The notes under the pieces are model-generated. The model searched no databases. It saw only the letters and a program-made list of their open reading frames with translations, and was not told where the DNA came from. Shown here one piece after another: positions 26,297-40,924 of a stretch of 64,000 bases of DNA. The position numbers were made by a program, and so were the translations under genes. Numbering within the stretch: position 1 is the first letter of the stretch; each line of letters starts with the position of its first letter. Source of the DNA: Eledone cirrhosa. Lineage: Eukaryota. The stretch spans positions 107,074,001 to 107,138,000 of the forward strand of contig OZ024742.1 in the NCBI GenBank assembly GCA_964016885.1, given 5' to 3'.

Positions 26297-27844
26297 GCCA
26301 GTTATTCTATTCTGCTATGTATTTCTGTTTACTGCTGTGATTTACACTCCTTTCTACACAAATCACGATTAGTTTAGATTGTTGCATTAGGCATAGTTAT
26401 TTGTGAAAACACTGCTAAGTTTGTTTTTTATTATCTTTTTTCCAAGTTTAAATGACAAATATTTTTTCAGTGACTTTCATGTGGACTCCCAAGAATGAGA
26501 ACCACTCTCATTACTGGGGGTTTAGGATTGAAAGGAATAAAAACAAAATCTAACCCTTAGGATGTATATAAGCCAACAAAAGGGCCACAAAATGATCCTT
26601 CAAATCTCACCCTTTAAAAAAGGCTACATTGGAAAACATCATATTACACACAGTATGTCTGAAAAGAAAAAGTGAAAAAAAGAAGAGTGTACTGGGAGAG
26701 TTTGTTGTGTAGATCACCAACACTAGGGAGGTTTTCATCAACACAACTGAACAGTCATTCTGACGTTTATTAGAGAGTTATAGATATATAAGTCCTCCGA
26801 GGGTATTTGGGTAGCTCCAAAAATAGGTTCTGAAGGATATTTATTAAACAAGATAAAGAAAAGAAATTTCCTACAACTGAAAATGCTGATGTAGGATATG
26901 GAAGGTATAAAGTTTAAATTTTAAGTTTTCTATTTACCTTTAATTAATTCTCTTGACCTATTTCTAAATGTTAATTTAAAATATTTCCTTGATATTATTA
27001 CCAAATTTTACTACAGGTGTGGTAGTTCTAAATAAGAAAATATGTAAAATAAAAAAAAAAAGGTCTCAGTATGGTACTTGGTAGGTTTAGTAGGTCATAA
27101 ATATCTGCAAGGGGTGGAGGTGGGATAGAGAGATAAAGAGAGTGTGCAATGAAGATAGGAAAATAGATGTTAATCTATTAATCTTAAAAGAATGACTATA
27201 AATATGGAGAAGGCTCCAGTAAGCAGAAAATAGAGGAGTGCAGCCTTTTTTATCAGATGAAGTCAACAAACATAGAAATGGAGTATGGGGCATGAGGCCA
27301 GGAGTTAGGAAGTTATAATAGTTAGCAATAGAGTTGAATGCACATGTAACTGATAGACAAGTTCCCTTTATGCTATCAACACTTTAGAGTGGGAAGGGTA
27401 GAGCAAGAAAAAGGTAAGCATGCATGGGTCTACTACAGAAAATAAAATATTGTATTATACCAGTTTCCAAGACAATAAATGAGTTGAGTAAGACTGCCTA
27501 AGAAATATGACTTGTACTCCACCTCCTGTTTAATTAATATTTATGGAGTTTGTGTTTAGCCATAAACCACAACTTGATGCTACATATGAGGTCATGTGGA
27601 GTTGTTGGTGATATCAAGATAATCTCTTCTACTCAATAGATATTTCAATGATTTCAGTTGTGTTATGAAAATCAGTCAAATTAATTACGAAATCCAGAAA
27701 ATGGTATCTCATAAAAACATACTACTAAAAGGAACAAAAAAGGAAGAAAACAGAATAAAATGAAAGGGAGAAAAAAAAAGAAGGATCAAGTGGCAAAAGA
27801 AGGGGAAAGTGACAGTCACTACACCCCAGTCTGAGCAATGTCTC

Positions 27845-28070
27845 AGCCACACCCTGTGGACACAAGAGCAAAAGCTTTACTGCAGAGAATGGCCAGTGAC
27901 ACCCACTACAGCAGCCACTTCCACCTCACAGGGCTCCCTCCTCAAGCAAGCTGTCTTTCCAACTTTGCAGAAGAAATCAACAGTGCAGGGATCAAGGGCA
28001 CCTGAGGTCTTGACGGAGACCAGTGCAAGGAGAAAGCAGTCGGTCAGGCCCCAGTAATAATTCTGAACAT
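27845..28070 (-). pseudogene. CRE-clade non-LTR retrotransposon, restriction-like endonuclease C-terminus (relic)
   Basis: YWGLTDCFLLALVSVKTSGALDPCTVDFFCKVGK..RREPCEVE/WLL*WVSLAILCSKAFALV resembles KYxxLxxxYxFxPVAVETxGxxG..F...GR....DPRE..L.QRxSLAxxRGNA. Confidence 0.6.
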
Positions 28071-30844
28071 GGAAGACATGCTCTACAAGAGTTGTTTAAA
28101 TATTTTGCAGTGTAATTTTTCTAAATTTTACATATCTGCTTAACACAAGTTATGTTTTTATATTGAAAGGTGGCCATCACATTTTTGGGGGTGTCATGGT
28201 GGGGCATGGAGCAAAGTAGGTTAAAAACTGCTACTTCAACACAAAGTGGTTGGCCCTTTCAAAAGTCACGATTTAAATCCTTAACTTGTATATATTTCAG
28301 TTATCATAGGTACATTAACTGTAATAAGTGAACAAAAAATATCTAAAAATAGCTTTGTTAATTCAAAATTGTGTAGTATAATTACTAATGGACAGATTGT
28401 TGTGAAAATTTGCAGTAAACTAAAGTAAAGAATATAATTTTTAAATATTATAGTCTTTACTTCAGTCATAGTGCTGTTTTGTACTTTTCAAGACTGTCTT
28501 GCTAGCACAATTTCATGTGGTATGTTAAGAGTTTTAAAATACAGCTAAGATTAGTTTGTAATATCTAAGTTGTATACAGGAGGGCTTGATAACAGCCAAA
28601 CTTTCTTTAGTTGGGAGCTTACAACATTAATTTTCATTTATATAAAAGTTTCGAGATGAGATGTTCAAACCTTTCAACAGTTAATTGTATTTTGTAGATA
28701 GGTAAGGCACATACAGAAATACTTTCTCAGTCTGCTTGACTGCAAATAATCCATCCACTCCTACTTCATAGTGGTGTGGTTAGCATTAGAAAGAGTATTC
28801 AACTATGAAAGCACTTGCTTCAAACTTTCTTGTACCTTATAATAATTTTGATTTTAAGGCCCAACATCTTGTGATCTTAGCTTACAAGTTCTGCTTGTCT
28901 TCCACTTCTATAGGTCTCTTTCACTACACCAGCACACAACTTTTTAAAACCCAGTACTTATCCATTTACACCCCTGCTGTGTGTATCTCAGTTTTTAGAA
29001 TAGGCATACCATATCTCTGTATATCATCAGAGGTGACTAGAAGTGTTGATATCCTGGAAGGGTATTTGGCTGTAAAACATTATCTCAAACTCATACCAGC
29101 ATAGAAAAGTGGCCATAAAAATAACAACACCATCACCACGACCACTGCCATCATCATCATCATCATCATCAGTAGCACTAGTAGCAGCACCAGTAGTAGT
29201 AGTAGTAAGTAATAATGATGGTGGTGGCATCAGCATTAGAGACAAATTTGAAATGGCACTGTACCAATCCTCCTATTTCTGAGAGGTTTTAGTGCTTCTT
29301 TTAATAGACTAAATGATGCTATTAAAATAGGAATTACTTGCACAGAGGAACCACTAGTCCCATTGAGACCATCACAATTCAATCCCTTACACTAATGTGG
29401 CACCAATGCTATCATCACCTCCTGTGCATAGCTGTTGTAGTTTAAAATCAGATTATAAAAATAATATATCAGTGTAATCATTTATATATGTCACCAAATA
29501 TAAATCCTTCACATTTATAATTCTCATAGAATTGACATATTTCATTCTTATTTTATTCTTGTCTTTCTTTCTAGTTGGTGATACGTGAACAAGTCTTTCA
29601 GTAAAATCTTATTTTCTCCAAATTTGCAACGTTGGTGAAAATTTCTTGTTGCAACCAAATATCAAATTGTATATGAATAAATAAATAAAAATAATAATAA
29701 TAATTATACTCTGATGAAGGGAATTTTAAGTCTCAAAATATTAGGATGAAAGAAACAACAATAATAATAATATAGTCTTATTTTTATATTTCTTTCATTC
29801 TATTTTACATTCTGACAAAACAGACAGAAGTTCACAGATCCAATGCAGCAAAAATGTCCTACTTAAAAATTATATTATCTAAAGAAGAGAAAAGTTTAAC
29901 TTGATTTCAACAACAAGCAATACATAGTAGTTTAGAAATAAGATGGCTAGGAGCTGACATGTAGGTAGTTTACTGCAGATTTGGTAGAAAGTTAGTGTAC
30001 AAAACACTGCAATGATCATTACAGTTAAACCTAACATGAAGCAGTTGGAAGGAATAGTTACCATACTCAAAATGGCAAGCTGGTATTGGATATTACTTGA
30101 ACCCCATCCTGTCATCTTCAATTCATCCTACCTATCTTTACTATAGATTTCTAATTAACTTAGTTGCACATTTCCATATGTCTTAAAATATCATAGAATG
30201 GAAAAGAGCTAACCAGCCAGCCATATCCAATACCTGGTTTTCATTTACCATTGGATCCATTTCATTTTACTTCTGTCTCTAATAGCCTTGAAAAAATAGC
30301 ATGAATGCCACAACTTCTTAGTTCTATTCTCTTAAAAATATCAGGCTTCTGCTAGTCAGTTCAGCCATAGTCAATAACTTCAAATAGGATGAGCCCAGAC
30401 AGGATGACTTCGCCTTGACACCACCACCCAATTATTGCTATCTGTATGTCTTTCAAGTTTATCATAAGTCTCAAAAGAGGACTCAAATGCAGTGTGCAAG
30501 AAAGAAGTCTGATGTGTATGAATGATGATCATTGGGTGGAGAAGTGCCAAGGAATCTCAATGGAAGAAAGGTGTTTAAAATGCCCAAGACATGCTGTATG
30601 TCACTATGGCACCTCAACAGTTCCATCAGGAGTTACCGGTAGGTACATACGTACACACACAACGTATAAACTGCAAGGTGTTATCTTCACAGAACAATAA
30701 AAACCAAAAATGTAAAGAATATTGATTAGTAACTCTGACACATATTCTTATGTGAAGAGTGAGGATGTCTGGCATTGCTTACTTCCTCGCATATATCTAA
30801 TGGCATAAATAAGTGAAGTAATTTAGCTTCAACCAAGACTAACC

Positions 30845-31050
30845 TCTTCTTCAGCCACTTATTCCTGGGAGGGTCATAGGGACAGAGTCCTCAAACATGT
30901 GTGTCATGTCAGAAGCAACCGTCTCCAATTGATCCGGCTGAATCCCCAAGCAAGACCAGCCGAGCTTATGGATGTTATCCAACCCTCTTGCTTGGAGTTT
31001 ACCCCTAGGTCTCCTACTGGTCGATTTTGCTCATAAAACCTGTCCAGCAA
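30845..31050 (-). mobile_element. RTE-type LINE 3' end, (GAA)-tailed family
   Basis: Reverse-complement homolog of 46210-46452 (RPRGK..ARGLDNIHKLG; GAGGACTCT.CCC.A.GACCCT). Confidence 0.65.
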
Positions 31051-31972
31051 TTAACCTCATCAGATTATAATAGTTTCTAATTTAGGCTCAAGGCCAGCAA
31101 TTTGGGAGGAAGGAAAAAAAAAAAAGTACTTTATTTTATCAACCTCAAAAGGATGAAAGGCAAAGTTAACATAGAAAATAGAAAGTCGTAACTAAATGCT
31201 ACAAAACATTTTGTCCGATGACCTACCGATATTGCCAGACTACTGCAACATTCACTGTTTAGTAACTCCTGTTTATATAAAATATCTTTTGAAAATATGC
31301 AATAACTATAAATATATCCTGTAGATTAGGTGAATTATAATAATCAGATTATTTTTCAAAAGATCAACAAAAAATACTAAGTGCAGACATATGACTGAAT
31401 AGACTCATGATGATTATGATGGCATGCCTTCATTCGCCCAACCCAAGCCCTTCAAGAATAATGTGCTATCAATAGAATTGAACCCTTCGTACACCTGTAC
31501 TCGGATCATAATTAAATTATTTTTAATCATAATAATAAATGTATGAATTAAATGAATTCAGTCCAAAATTCATAAAATGATAATTTCTTACATAAGCACA
31601 AAGCCATATAGAATTTATAAACCCCTGCATGTCATTAGGAGCTAACTAAAAAGATTGGAAAAGGCCATCCAACTACAAAATATTGCCTCAAACAGTCCCT
31701 TCCAAATAGCATGGAAAAGCAAACATAAAAATCATGATGCTGATGAATCAAAATTTATAAAATAAAACATTAATCAGAGCTCTAATTAGTTAAAGCAGAA
31801 AAGAAATTACACATTTGTCTCCAATTATATGAATATTTAATTATTTCAGTAAATAACTCTATACAAGCAAAAAATATTGCACGGTGAGCAATAAAAAAAA
31901 AAGTAATCTAATAAAATATAATTAACCCTCTACTGGTGGAACCAACTGAAGAATATGGAACTGTTTTCATAT

Positions 31973-32187
31973 TTAATCCTTAGCATCCATTTAACAGAAA
32001 ATATCTAAAGACAGGTTTGTTAATTCAAATATTTGTAGTATCTTTGTTAATGATCAAATCGGTGTAGAAAATTTGCAGTAAACTAAAGCCTTTAACTTTT
32101 AATATGATGTAGTCATAGTGCTGTTTTGTGCTTTTTAAGAATGTCTTGCTAATGTGGTTTCATGTGGTACAGGACATTAAGAGTTAA
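31973..32187. mobile_element. TTAA-bounded MITE (related copies at ~28275-28535 and ~44015-44220)
   Basis: TTAATCCTT...AAGAGTTAA ends. Internal TTTGTTAATTCAAA..TGT.TAGTA and CATAGTGCTGTTTTGT blocks are shared between copies. Confidence 0.55.
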
Positions 32188-34195
32188 AAGCTGGTGTGAT
32201 GATGATAAACATAGGATTGGCTGAATGGTTCAGAAGTTTGCTTAGCAATCGTGATCCTGTGTGGTATCTTCGGCATATGTCTTTACCAAGAGAGATGTTG
32301 GAAAAATGAATCTTGGGAAATACTAAGCAAAGGTGACAAGGGACTACAATATGTGAGTGGGGGTAGAAATAGAAAGTAACCTCATTATTTAACATCCATT
32401 TTCCCTACTAGAAAAGGCTTAGATGGATGGATCATCACAGGCCAGGCACTGGTTTCTCAGATACACAGGGACCTCATCTTGCTTACATACATTCTCACAC
32501 TACAGGTCGTACTGTGCATCTTTATCAAAGCACCAGTACTAGGAAGGTCCTCATGTCCTCTCTAATGACATAAGGTGATGATTATATCTCTCCAATCATG
32601 TAACAAAACAAAAAAAACAAAAAAGTGATATATCAAGCAGTAGACTAAATATGGCTGTGTAAATGTACTGTTGTTCTAAATCTCATTTAGAAATACTTGA
32701 CAAATTGGTGTGAAATGAAAACCTCAATATAGCTGAAACAATAGATTATTCCAGCTGTACAAGAACTAAACATTTCTTGGAGATTATAGAAAAAGAGAAC
32801 TAGGCAGACAACAAAGAGAGCGTGGCCTGTATTGAAAATGAAAATGACAATTGCTAATATAGCCTCAAACCAATAGAGTATTTCTCACTCACATGAAAAT
32901 TTTAATTAAAATAAAACCAAACCTTTCTACAAACAATGCCGAAGATGTGAAAAACATGAAAAGATTAACTTTCTTGAAAGTGTAAGTGTAAAGATAAAAA
33001 CTGCTGTAAATTCCTGGTAAGCTGTTGGTGGCACCAGAAGGAAGATAGAAATAGAAATACAATGTTATCAAATTGAACAGAATTGATATTAAAACCTAAG
33101 CTAATTGATATTAAAACCTAAGCTATTTGGTAAACATTAATTCTTGAATACAGAGTGAAAATGATACACAAGTCAGCAATTTGAGTAATGTAGCAGTCAA
33201 ATTTCCTTCCACAATTTCATATTGTCTCAAGAATAGGAACCACATAGTTTAACTTTTTTGTTACAGTATTTTTAAATAAATATACTGCTTACATGTATTA
33301 ATTAATTAGGAAAATTTGAAGAATGTAATGCGACAGCTAACATTTTCATTAGTAAGCTTATGTTCAAAACATTACTTCACAAAATAATATGGGTATGAAC
33401 ATTTTAAAATTAGCAGATTTGTTAACTTAAAACCAGGGTGATTCCAAGTGGGTTGGTTTCGAAAGTCTTGAATTTATCATAAAGGAAAAAAATGACTACA
33501 GCCAGAACTAATGATTAAATGATTCATTTAGTCAACAAGTAGAACTAGCTGGGCCTACCCAAAACCTTTCATCCTTCCTAGATCATCATCCTCATCATCT
33601 TCGTTTAACGTCCATCTTCCACGTTATCAATAGATAAAATAACAGTCTAGAGCAGTAGACTAGCAAAATCATTAGAGCATTGGCTGGAATGGCTCATGGT
33701 TCCAGTTCTTTTGCCTTCTGAGTTCAAATCCTGTCATGGTCTATTTGGGTGGTAGACTTAATCCATTGCCTGTTTTAACACCACCCCCTGACCCTTTTAT
33801 CACACATGGGTCTTCTCAATCAGGGTTGACTTGAGGGAGGATTAGCAAAAACAGTACCAATAACACTCATACAAGTTCCAGCTCTTTGCCTTCTAAGTTC
33901 AAACAGTGCCATGATCTTGGGTGGTTGATTTAATCCAATGCCTGTTTTAACAGTTTTATCATAGATCTTCTTAATCAAGACTGAGCAACAACAGTGACAA
34001 TACCAACACTCATAAAACAAACCAATGAAGTCACTTGAACATCAATAAAAAAAAAAATCTAAAACATTTATACAAACATCAAAAAAGACCAGGTTCCACT
34101 CAGAAACAAAATGATGTTTTTCAGAATTCAGCAACATCTCAATCACCAACTTAGACACTGCAGTAAATACACTCAACAAAATAATTATAGATGCA

Positions 34196-34238
<43 letters not shown>

Positions 34239-37200
34239 AGCTTCAAAAGTGTGTGAATTTCAAAGCTTATTTCACTACATGAAAACCCACTTCCAAATAC
34301 CCAGGCACATACAAATAAATACCCCAGAGTACAAATAAAGTGACATACTAAAAAAAACTAGGACTGCTCAATCAGAACTGACCTGGGGGCTACACCACCA
34401 CAACACTAATAAAATGACTGACATTCATACAAACAGGAAGGAGTTTATCTACAATAATATACTTGATGGATTTTTAGTAGACCTCCCTACCACCACCACC
34501 ACTTTAACTGATGAACATAGACCTGATTATTATCAACCTTACAAAGACAGCAAGCACAACATTAGCTAGAGAATGTAATAATTTGACATAAATAAAATAA
34601 AAATACACCTTCATTTAGGCAAGTGCAGTAAAGGTATTAGAGAAATATTAAGCCAATACTTCTGACATAATCCACTCTCACCTCTCTAAATAGCTTAATA
34701 TCAACTATGAAGAATCTCTCTCACACAAACAAATATTTATATATAAAGGAACTAGAAAAGATTTTGTTGTAGTTCTTATTCAACTCCATGTCAGCTCCTA
34801 TTAAGCAGACCTATGATGGTCCAGTCATGACTGTCACAGGAATAAATTTTCAAATGTATCCATGTTATTTAGATGGTAGAGTGTGATTTGAGGGAAACTT
34901 GGCTGATATTTCTAACAGGTTGAATAACCTTATTACTTCAAGGAAAATAAAGCGCTCATTTACAGCATTTAACATGCCCATTTAACCCTTTTTTATACCA
35001 AAACGCCTGAAAATGCACACCACACCCCTGCCCATTTCCCTAATTATCATCATAGTTTTATTTAAAAACCTTTATGCTCCAAACAACTTGAGAACATTTG
35101 TTACATTGGTAAATTCTTCCAAATTCTTGATTATTTTCACAATGATTTGGAAATTATAGATAGTGTCTTCAATCAAAAATATGATAATGAAGGAGTTAAA
35201 CAATGATTCACCACTGATGATTTTCATGATAGGACTGAGGACCTTATCAAAATGACTGAGAAACCTCCTGTGAGACACAATCTTGTATGAGGCCAGTTAA
35301 ACCTGTATAGGTGTGAACTGTACATTTTCATTTTTTTATTTCGAGAAGGTCAAGCAACTACCTATCTTCTAAATATATCTAAATAATTTGTAAGTCATTT
35401 TAGCCATTTAAAATAACTCAAAAACAGTCAATTTCACTTTATATTTAGTGCAAAAAATTCTGACATCAAAAAATAAATGATAAATAAAAAGGAAATTTAA
35501 CAGTGTTTGTGTATTAAATGACTAAAATAATTCTTCCATGCTGTAATTGTTTTAGATTCAACATAGTCCAAGATCAAGTCATTTGCCAGACAAGTACAAT
35601 TCTGAAATAAATAGTTTCTTCATTACAGAATACCCTAAAGTGGCTTGAACCAGAAACATGTTGGTAGTATTATATGGAATCTATTCTTGTATCACAGAAT
35701 GGTTTACATATAATGTGTTTGGTCATACAATAAGAATAGTTCAAGGATGTAAACATACAACAATGAAAGTTGTGTGAACTTTTAAGCCAAAATTTCATGC
35801 CACAATAGAAATAAATATTCTAAAACCAATATTAGACTACTCACAAAGGAATACATTTGAAAGATTAATATAAATGTACTTAAGTCAATATTTGTGACTG
35901 TCATGAAATACAAGTTTGGCTTCTTAAGTTTCACATTTGCTATTTTAAAGAATTGATACATTCTTAGTTGATTTAAATGGACTCATTAGAAAAGATTTAA
36001 TGAAATGGTTGGTGAATACTGTTAACACAATAGCACATGTTAAAAATTGCTGATACTTCAAATGTTATTTTCTTTTGGGAAGAAAATGATAAAATTGAAA
36101 GTTCGGACAAACCCTAACAATTCTTTATGTTTGAACATTATTGCATGTCAGCAATTATAATGTCTGGTTTTTACAGTAGAGTTATTGATATTTAAGTGGT
36201 CATGTAGGTGTCTGGACAAAAAGCACCCAACACACACTGTAAATGTGGTTGGGTTAGAAAGGGCATCCAGCCATAGAAATCAAGTCAGAAACAGTTCTGT
36301 ATGAGCAAGACACAGTCACCTGACCCAACATGTCTCAAACGGAACGACCCGTCTAACCCATGCTAGTGTGGAAAATAGACGTTAAATGATGGTCCATTTT
36401 CCCTACAAGCAAAGGTTGGACGGTAATTACAAACTAAATTAGAACTCAAATGGAACTACCAGCTCAAAAGAGGTTGTCATGCAGTTGACACAATTGAAGA
36501 GCCCTTCTGGTCCTTTGTTTGGAAAGTTTTTTTTACAGCTAGATGGCTTTCCTATCACCAACCACTTTATAGAGTGTTTTTTGTCTGTATATAATACATA
36601 CTTATATCCACACACCACATACATATAAAAGTTAATCTCATGTAAAGGTCAACCCATATTCTTCCCAGACAACAAATAAATATGTGTAAATCAAGGTATT
36701 ATCTTGAACATAAATGTTATGATGAAGAAAATTAATTTTTCAACATTTTCATGTTCTGATGTAAGCATCAAATTATACATCCTACTAAATACTTCACCAA
36801 GAAATCATAAACAAAGCTGCATTGTTATTATAAATACTGGTAGTTGCACTTAATATTGACCTGCATTCTCTAGATTAACCATTGCACTTGAATTCAATAG
36901 TGATGTGTATTTCTTAGGAAATGTTTCATTTCAGCTTCATCTGCTTGCTTGTCCAGTCACAGGTAGCAATACAGCTAGGCTAAAATTCATTAAAACTATA
37001 TTACTATTGGGTCATGTACAGAGTATTGCAGCAAGTAACAATAATATAGTGTAATTATGAGCTTTAAATTTTTATTTACCTTGTTTGCTGAATGTAATAG
37101 ACGAAAAGAGCAAGTGGAAATATTTATAAGAACAAGTGGCCTTATGTGTTTTGTTAGAAAGTATTTTGATACTTAAAAATTGGTATTTTTACTGTAATTG

Positions 37201-38075
37201 TTTTGTTTTGTTTTTTTATCCAATTAGGATTCTGCTTATTGATATATTTTTTATAGTAGTGTGAAGACCCCTTGAAAATAGTATCCACATAATAATCAAC
37301 CACATAAATTTAATTTTAAAAGATTAGTCTATAATATTTGCCTCTTACAGTCTATGTGAAAGAGAATGTGTGTGTATGAGTTGGTGATTTACTTGATAAA
37401 TGCACCCAGTACACGTTGTATAGTGGTTGGTGATATGAAGGGCATCTGGCCAGAGAAAACCTGCCAAAGAAAGGGTTGAGAGGACTCTTCAGCTGTATCA
37501 AAGACATGACAACCTCTCTAGTTCTGGTGCCATGATAAAATGCACTCAGTAGAGCACAAGAGTGTGAGAAAGTGAGAAAAAGATATAGAGAAAGACACCC
37601 CCCCCCCCCTACTAATACCGGAGTAGTACTTCTTTTATCAACCTCAAAAGTATGAAAGGCAAAGTTGATCTTGGTGGAATTTGAACTCAGAGATTGCAAA
37701 GAGCTAGAACAAATATCACAAACCATTCTATCTGACTGCCAATTTACTATCTCCTTCTAGGAATATGGTTAGAATGATAAAAAACCTATAACTACGATGA
37801 TATAAACATATACCTAGGTAAAAAATAACCATATCACTGTGGGCTATCAACTGTGTGAAACAGGCCATGTGTATCCACTTTATAATAGGTACACCACATC
37901 CCTGCATGACATAAGTGACTAAAAAGTGTTGCTGTAAAGAAGGTATTCCAACTGTAAAATATATTGCTTGAAAAAATCTTGCCGAGCCCATGCCAGAATG
38001 GAAAATTGATGACGACGATGAACAGCCAAACAACGCAATAGGGGCGGTGGAAAAATAATTCTGTGATCCCTCATA

Positions 38076-38228
<153 letters not shown>

Positions 38229-39699
38229 CGTGTGTGCGTGCGTGCGTGCGTGGGTGTGTGGGTGCGGGGGGGGGGGGAGTAAAACAGAAATACCAAAGCA
38301 AACGACACAGTACTATGAAGAAATATATTAGTTTAACGCTTGAAATAAGAAAATAGAATAGAAATAAAAGATGAAATAGAAAGTTAGAGAATGAGAACAA
38401 AAAATTGAAAATAAAAAAAACGTGTGTGTGCGTGTGTGTGCAACATATGTTTGGAGAAATATACCCTAACCATATCTCTGTAGTACAGAGCTAAACATAC
38501 CCACATGACATTGTGACAACCACACAGCAAGGAATGGCAACAACCATATATCAGTGCGGATTAGTGAACATGACCTTTCACAACAATACAAACAACCTAG
38601 TAATTCAGGGTTGAGGTGGAGACTCACTTGTCTCTGACTACATCACAATCAGCTATCACAAATGATTGAAATAATTAAATTTCACCAGCCATACAGTTTA
38701 TTGTATGTGTGTATGCATTAAAGAGAGAGAAAGATGGTCTGTGTGTGAGATAGTCTGTATGCGTGCGAGAGAAAAAAAATCTGTATGTGTATGAGTCCGT
38801 TTTGGTGTTGTTCTCAAACAGACCTCATTATTTTCCATTGCCATTGTTGTCATCACTGAGATGATATTGTTTATGATTGTTCAATAGGAGAAAAAAAACA
38901 ACACAAATAACACCTGAGGCTGGCAGACATACAACGTATGTGTGTTGTGATACATACTTGCACCAAACAGATGTAATAACAGAACATACACACATAGAAA
39001 TACACATAGATGGATAGACATATCCATGTACATGGCATATAGCCTTTGCATTCTTAGACACACCCTTCCATATTCACATTCACAAACAAATAACATATAC
39101 ACAGACATTCATACAGAGAGCCAGACAGACAGATCTTACCACTAATATTAAGGTACATAAATATGCTCTTGTACACATATCTCACCCACCACAAATGTTA
39201 ACACAAACATGTTCCAAAACACATCCCCCACACCATCAATGTTAACACAGAAACATGTTCAGAACACATCTCCTTCCCTGCCAATACCATCAATATTAAC
39301 ACATTCATGTCCATATACAAAACATAACATGGCATTACAAATATTAACAATCACACACACACACACACACTAACCAATGATATAAACATACACAGGAGTG
39401 TACAAGCTATACCACCCCTATAGATGATTAACACACACACACATACTAGATATCTCAATGCTTTGAAGCCTTGAGAGATATCAACACACACACATACAAT
39501 GTACAAAACTCACTGCCACCTCCACCACCACTAACAGCATTGACATTAACACATAGACACAAGTACAAGCCTTATCCCACCACCAATATTTTGTACACAC
39601 ACACTCACTAGACCAACCACACTGAAGCTTCTATACTAAAACAGAATGATTAGCTGAGTTGTTACTGAGTGACTAATATAGCAAGAGAGCCAGCTGACA

Positions 39700-39845
39700 A
39701 GAGAGGGGCAGGCAGAGAACTGAGAGAGAGAGGCCAGAGAAGAAAGAGAGAGGTCAGAGAAGAGAGGGAGGGGCAGAGAAGAGAGAGGGAGGGGCAGAGA
39801 AGAGAGAGGGCAGGGAAGAAAGAGGGAGTAGACAGAGAGAGAGAA
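39700..39845. repeat. Purine-rich (GA) low-complexity tract
   Basis: GGGAGGGGCAGAGAAGAGAGA subunits repeated. Confidence 0.85.
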
Positions 39846-40224
39846 ACTATATCTCTCTAGCTTGTTATATAGCATAGCTATGGCTGAAGGCCATGTTCCT
39901 TGGCCAGAAAGAAAAGCTTGGTTAACCAAGTCAGGTGATCCAAGAAGCAGTCAGACAGATCCATAAAACACTAGCAGCAGCCTGACCTGTCTGTCTGTCA
40001 GTTGTAGCAGTCAAAAATAATAAGTAACAACAGTTCAAATTTTAAGTTGATGAAATATCTGATTTCAAACAAATGAAAAGGGTTCGAGTCTTGGCAGGTC
40101 AAATGATAACAGTGGCTCACTTGTTGGCTCATCTGTATAGGTAATTAATTAATAAGAGTAAGCAAATTAACATTTTTTTTAAAGACCAGCTGAATATTAT
40201 AAGTCAATTGTTTTAGACTATCTT

Positions 40225-40552
40225 ACCTTCCGCCGCTTGGTCCTAGCCGACAGGATGGAGAATACATTGTCCCAGAGCAAGGGAGATGCGCTAGAACAAC
40301 CTTGTGGGGCTTGCACATGTCAGCAGCCAACTCCACTCAGATAGTCGAGAACAAGGATGTTGTTTCTGGCCAAGAACGCCAAAAATCCCCACAGTTACAG
40401 GCTCTACCACAAAACTATCAGAGAACGGCCAATACTAGGACAGTTTGCCCTCTTCAGCCTAGTAGGTAGCAAAGCATCAGATTTACGCTAGAGAAGGTGT
40501 CACAATATGTAGCATCCCCCACGGAGCAGGAAGATTGTCATGCCATCTGGCC
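40225..40552 (-). pseudogene. CRE-clade retrotransposon RLE (PD-(D/E)xK) domain relic
   Basis: Frameshifted RPDGMTIF...DATYCDTFSSVNL...AEEGKLS*YWPFSDSFVVEPVTVGIFGVLG...RISLA..NVFSILSA, matching RPDG..WDATCxDT..AExxKxxKY..PVAVETxGVLG..QRISLA..GN. Confidence 0.65.
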
Positions 40553-40924
40553 TTGTAGAAGTCATTTCTATATGAAGTAAATATGTACATGGTTGTTTTT
40601 ACATCCATTTTATCATGCTGGTATGAGTTGGATGGGATGTTTTTAGGCAATGTTTTACAGCCAGATGCCACACCAGAATCCAACCCTTTTAGTTGCCGCT
40701 TATGACAGGCAGAGATACAATGTAACTTTTAAAAACCAGAATACACATAGCCTATATATACACAACCTTTTAATCTATTCAGTTCCTCATTTAACTGTAG
40801 TTCTTTTCCAGTACCAAAAAACTGTTGAAGGAGTTGAAGCATCCCCTGGAATCAAACGTGATTTTTCTCAAATGGAAAAAACTTTTTCCAGAACATGGCA
40901 CACAACAAGCAGAATAAGAGGTGA

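Noticed and set aside
27809-28057. 82-aa plus-strand ORF as a host exon
   Set aside because: Better explained as the antisense of a CRE endonuclease relic.
29710-29745. CTGATGAAGGGA hammerhead-like start
   Set aside because: No properly placed GAAA or stem I pairing.
29880-30420. Possible decayed DNA-transposase (minus-strand SCGIHA fragment)
   Set aside because: A single short motif amid many stops is not enough to support a call.
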